64,000 nt of DNA from an uncultured Pseudobdellovibrionaceae bacterium. GTDB taxonomy: Bacteria; Bdellovibrionota; FAC87; UBA2466. Below, one piece after another: positions 60,752-64,000 of this stretch (position 1 is its first letter; each line of letters starts with the position of its first letter). The stretch is from the NCBI GenBank assembly GCA_964396165.1, contig CAYNEF010000001.1:65990-129989 (forward strand). Direction: 5' to 3'. The translations under genes were made by a program, and so were the position numbers. Below the pieces are notes generated by a model. The model saw only the letters and a program-made list of their open reading frames with translations, did not search any database and had not been told where the DNA came from.

Positions 60752-62500
60752 TTATTTTAGAAGTGACACAGTGAATCGACAGCCGATAGGATTTACGGAA
60801 GGTAAGTAGAGGAATTGCTTGGCGGGGAGTGTATAAGTCTGCTTTGTAGCCTCAGAATACAACTCAATGCGTTTAACATCATTAGGCAATTTAAACGCAG
60901 CATAATTATTTTTTGCATTGCATGAATTAATTTCTTTTTCACCCTCTTTGAAAACCAGAGCGGTTGCGTCAGGTAAATTGCTCACTGAAACTGCTTTTTT
61001 AGGATCTAACAAAGAACCATCCGGCAGTTGCGAGCGGAGTATATGAAAGCCACTAGTATGAGTTTGCAGAGAAAGTGTAGGGTAAGAATCCAGGTAATCG
61101 AATGCAACATTTGTACGCAGCCAAAAAACAGTGGGAACTAAGGCTTCCTCTGAATGTGCTTCTTTTCCAAAAAATCGGCTGGGGCCTAAGAGCACACTTC
61201 TTTCAGAGTAAAAGGGGATTTCCAAGTGCCCAATAGAGTCTGAGTGGTAGTAAATCAACTCAGTCGGCTCCGTCATGGATTTCAAGGTCAAGATCTCAGA
61301 AATCTGAGGGCGAAAATCATGGTAGATAATTCCCAAAATAGAATCCAAATGTTTTATCCGCCAACCGAAAACAAATACCATCAAAGAGAGTGAGACATAG
61401 AGCAAGAGCTTTTTTCGTACAGTCATCAAGGAGGCCATCCCGATACCCGCCAACACAAAAATATAAGGCGTTTCGGTAATAAAATAATAATCGTGGTGTA
61501 CATGAATATTAAATAAAATGAGAACAGGGATAAAGATTACGAGTAGCAGTATCAAGCGTGAAACCACATATTTTCTCGTCGCAAGAATTGCAAAAAGAAA
61601 AGGCAACACTAAAAAATCAGAAAGAATACTTCTTCCAACTATATTGAAAAGCCTCACCCATCTCCATCCTTCAATGCGCTGGTAAAGTTCTCCAAAAAAC
61701 CATCTTGGAGCATTAAAATCACCGGTAATGCCTAATACATGAGTAGACCACTTCATCCAAGAAAAGCCGATAATCCCCTGTAAGCAAAGTGAGTAGATGA
61801 GATACTTGTGCTTTTCTAATTTTTCTTTTTGATAAAATAAGCAATAGCACAAGTAGAAAAAAGCAGTGAGTCCCACGGAAAACCAGACAGTCACTTTTCC
61901 CGTACTGGCAAGAATTCCAAACAAAACAGAAAGAATGAAATTCTTTTTCTTGGATTCGTTTACTTCGAGACAAACAAGGTAATACGCACTCATCAAACAA
62001 AAACACTGCACCATCAAATCAATAAGTACGGTACGGGAATAAACAATATTAAACGGCGAAATGGTATAAAAAACAAACGACCAGAGGGCAATCTCTTTAG
62101 AGAAAATTTTCTCTGTGATTTTGTATAAATAAATTGACCCGACAAAGAAGAATAAAACACTGATAAGCCGACCAGTCATCTCAAGCGAAAAGCCCAGCTG
62201 CATGGCGTGTGCAACAAGCCACTGGTAGAGCGGAAACTCTATCACGTAATTCCATAGTTTCCCTCCGTAAGGAGATCGGTAATCAAAGACTGTTCCAAAC
62301 CCCTTATTGAAATAATACGCAGTTAAGGCAGTTTGATTTTGTCTCCAAGGATGAGGCTCAATCAAAGGATTATTTAAGTCATAAAATCTAGGATGCAGAG
62401 TGAGCGGCAGGATTAAAAAAGCGATAAACGACCAGGTGTAATAACTTACTAGACTTGAAAAATCACTCTTCTTTGGTAAGTGTATCCGCATTAATTGCAT
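60752..62500 (-). CDS. GT-C fold glycosyltransferase (ArnT/PMT-like, GT39/83)
   Basis: About 12 TM, 582 aa. YTISPFNIVYSRTVLIDLM segment. Confidence 0.5.
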   Translation of the reverse strand: MQLMRIHLPKKSDFSSLVSYYTWSFIAFLILPLTLHPRFYDLNNPLIEPHPWRQNQTALTAYYFNKGFGTVFDYRSPYGGKLWNYVIEFPLYQWLVAHAMQLGFSLEMTGRLISVLFFFVGSIYLYKITEKIFSKEIALWSFVFYTISPFNIVYSRTVLIDLMVQCFCLMSAYYLVCLEVNESKKKNFILSVLFGILASTGKVTVWFSVGLTAFFYLCYCLFYQKEKLEKHKYLIYSLCLQGIIGFSWMKWSTHVLGITGDFNAPRWFFGELYQRIEGWRWVRLFNIVGRSILSDFLVLPFLFAILATRKYVVSRLILLLVIFIPVLILFNIHVHHDYYFITETPYIFVLAGIGMASLMTVRKKLLLYVSLSLMVFVFGWRIKHLDSILGIIYHDFRPQISEILTLKSMTEPTELIYYHSDSIGHLEIPFYSERSVLLGPSRFFGKEAHSEEALVPTVFWLRTNVAFDYLDSYPTLSLQTHTSGFHILRSQLPDGSLLDPKKAVSVSNLPDATALVFKEGEKEINSCNAKNNYAAFKLPNDVKRIELYSEATKQTYTLPAKQFLYLPSVNPIGCRFTVSLLK

Positions 62501-62617
62501 CGCATCATTAATAAGTTTTAATCTAATCTTCTACAGCCGATTACTTGTATTTTGTTTGCTATAATATCTGTTTATAACCAATAAGAATATTGAATTTTCC
62601 TATCGATAAGAGGACTT

Positions 62618-64000
62618 ATGGGACAAAGTAAACAGAAGCAAATCTTAAACGCACAACAAAGCGGTTCCATTAAGTACCAATGGCCGCTGCATTTACTCAC
62701 TGTTTTTGTATTAATCGGCATCGGAATCGGCGGTTATTTAACCTGGCACCACGAAAACGAATTGTACGGCGATAGCTCGGTTTCTCTCGTAAATTGCCCA
62801 GAGAACGCAACTATTAACTGCGAAGTAGTGAACACAAGCAAGTACTCAGAATTTCTCGGAGTACCTATTGCGGTCTTTGCGATCCCCACTTACCTGCTCA
62901 TACTTGCGCTCATTCTTTTTAGAAAAAAACAAAAAAATGCGCTGCAATCCGTCTTTTTTATCGGCTTAATGACAAGTGCGTATTCGGGTTATCTTTACTA
63001 TATTTCGACGGTAAAGGTCGGCTATCTTTGCCTTTGGTGTTTCAGACTCTATCTCATCAATCTTTCGATCCCGATCCTTTCTGGAATCGCACTATGGGAA
63101 AACCCTCTTCAACACTTTAAGAAATGGGCTGAGCTGTTTGATTTCAAGCAAGCAACCACGAAATTTGCAATGACAACTTTTTCCGTATGCATGGTCGTCA
63201 CACTCATTGGTCAAAAAGTTTACCGCACTTCTCTTGTGAAAACAGGCAAGAGTGCTTCACTTCCTGGAGCACAAGATGGTGAATCGGTTGTGAACTGGAA
63301 TAAAGGTGCTTTTGTCGTGCCCTCTAAATTAAAAATGGTGAAAAGCAACGGACACGAATTAGAAACTGTGGATTTCGATATACAAAGTAAATTTGGAAAA
63401 GGAAAACCGGTTGCCTTATTCTTTCACTCTCCTGGTTACGGTTTTTCTGAAAGCACACTTTTGGAAACAGAAAAATACATTCGTGAAAACAACAAAAATA
63501 CGGAGTTTTACGTCGTTGTCGGCAGAGGCGGTGATTACCGATTAGAAAGCGCGTGGGAATCCATCAAGTCCCTGCCCCTTCCTAAAGACGTTACCATTCT
63601 TATCGATGAAGAACATGAGGCAATGAAACAATTAAACATTCAAGAGACACCAAATTTAACTCTTGTAGGCGGTGATGGAACCCTTGTCGCATTAAGATTA
63701 AGAGCTTTGAACGCCTTACTTCCCGGAGATGAGAAGAAGACGACAAAAGAAGTTCTTGCTCAAGTTGAAGCAGGCCAGTCTAGCCCCCAATACAAAATTA
63801 CCCCCCAGTATTTTCCCTCTTCACAACTTGTAGGAAAATGCGCGCCCAATTTTACATTGAACGACATCACAAGTGGCATTCCCTATAAATTCACGGGAAA
63901 GTCTGCCAATGGGAAGCCGACATTACTCGTCTTCTGGTCCTCTACCTGCAAACACTGCCAGAAAGAAATCCCAGAAATTGTTAGACACATGAAAGCAAAT
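62618..64000 (+). CDS. VKOR-domain protein fused to thioredoxin-like domains (DsbB analogue), 3' end outside the window
   Basis: Not in the ORF track because it has no stop inside the window. VKOR loop C-x7-C, SKYSEFLGVPIAVFAIPTY, TM CXXC (LCLWCF), C-terminal Trx CXXC (STCKHCQ). RBS aagagga. Confidence 0.7.
   Translation, partial: MGQSKQKQILNAQQSGSIKYQWPLHLLTVFVLIGIGIGGYLTWHHENELYGDSSVSLVNCPENATINCEVVNTSKYSEFLGVPIAVFAIPTYLLILALILFRKKQKNALQSVFFIGLMTSAYSGYLYYISTVKVGYLCLWCFRLYLINLSIPILSGIALWENPLQHFKKWAELFDFKQATTKFAMTTFSVCMVVTLIGQKVYRTSLVKTGKSASLPGAQDGESVVNWNKGAFVVPSKLKMVKSNGHELETVDFDIQSKFGKGKPVALFFHSPGYGFSESTLLETEKYIRENNKNTEFYVVVGRGGDYRLESAWESIKSLPLPKDVTILIDEEHEAMKQLNIQETPNLTLVGGDGTLVALRLRALNALLPGDEKKTTKEVLAQVEAGQSSPQYKITPQYFPSSQLVGKCAPNFTLNDITSGIPYKFTGKSANGKPTLLVFWSSTCKHCQKEIPEIVRHMKAN

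Overview
This 64-kb window, AT-leaning with many secreted hydrolases, resembles a metal(loid)-resistance and accessory region of a Gram-negative bacterium, possibly Bdellovibrionota-like; the taxon is a guess from gene content only. There is no rRNA and no CRISPR array. All calls come from reading the six-frame translations and the DNA by eye.

**Metal-efflux operon (1.2-9.6 kb, minus strand).** About 8 kb of tightly packed genes: two paralogous repeat-domain lipo/secreted proteins, a putative outer-membrane protein, an HME-RND pump, a His/Glu-rich periplasmic protein, a TolC/CzcC-like outer-membrane factor and a Fur-family regulator. No membrane-fusion (periplasmic adaptor) gene is present. 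An OmpR-type response regulator and histidine kinase (9.7-11.7 kb) are transcribed divergently from this operon.

**Second metal region (19-28.4 kb).** It holds a ZntA/CadA-type P1B ATPase, an ECF sigma factor with an anti-sigma membrane protein, and a second outer-membrane factor plus HME-RND pair that also lacks an adaptor gene.

**Island-like segment (28.5-35.4 kb).** It contains an AlpA/Xis-like gene and a MerR-family regulated arsenic operon (ArsI-like, ACR3, ArsC). It also holds a RES-Xre toxin-antitoxin pair, a 640-bp ORF-free AT-rich region with a 12-bp tandem repeat, and a tRNA-like gene with anticodon CAT. The tRNA 3' end is duplicated about 1.7 kb downstream, bracketing a Kelch/IPT lipoprotein gene. 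No integrase was found.

**Right half.** A large secreted protein made of a tandemly duplicated FN3-malectin module, metzincin-like and kinase-like secreted proteins, SelO, and GloA. A CLC-F type fluoride channel follows, then two NAD-dependent sugar epimerases, purEK, an ABC-2 exporter with a GT-C glycosyltransferase, and a VKOR-thioredoxin fusion truncated at the window end.

**Most interesting candidates.**
- The adaptor-less RND operons with their novel accessory proteins.
- A HigA(COG3636)-like antidote paired with a noncanonical Tat-signal partner.
- The MerR-controlled ars island.
- The tRNA-flanked Kelch islet.
- A 30-bp perfect inverted repeat.
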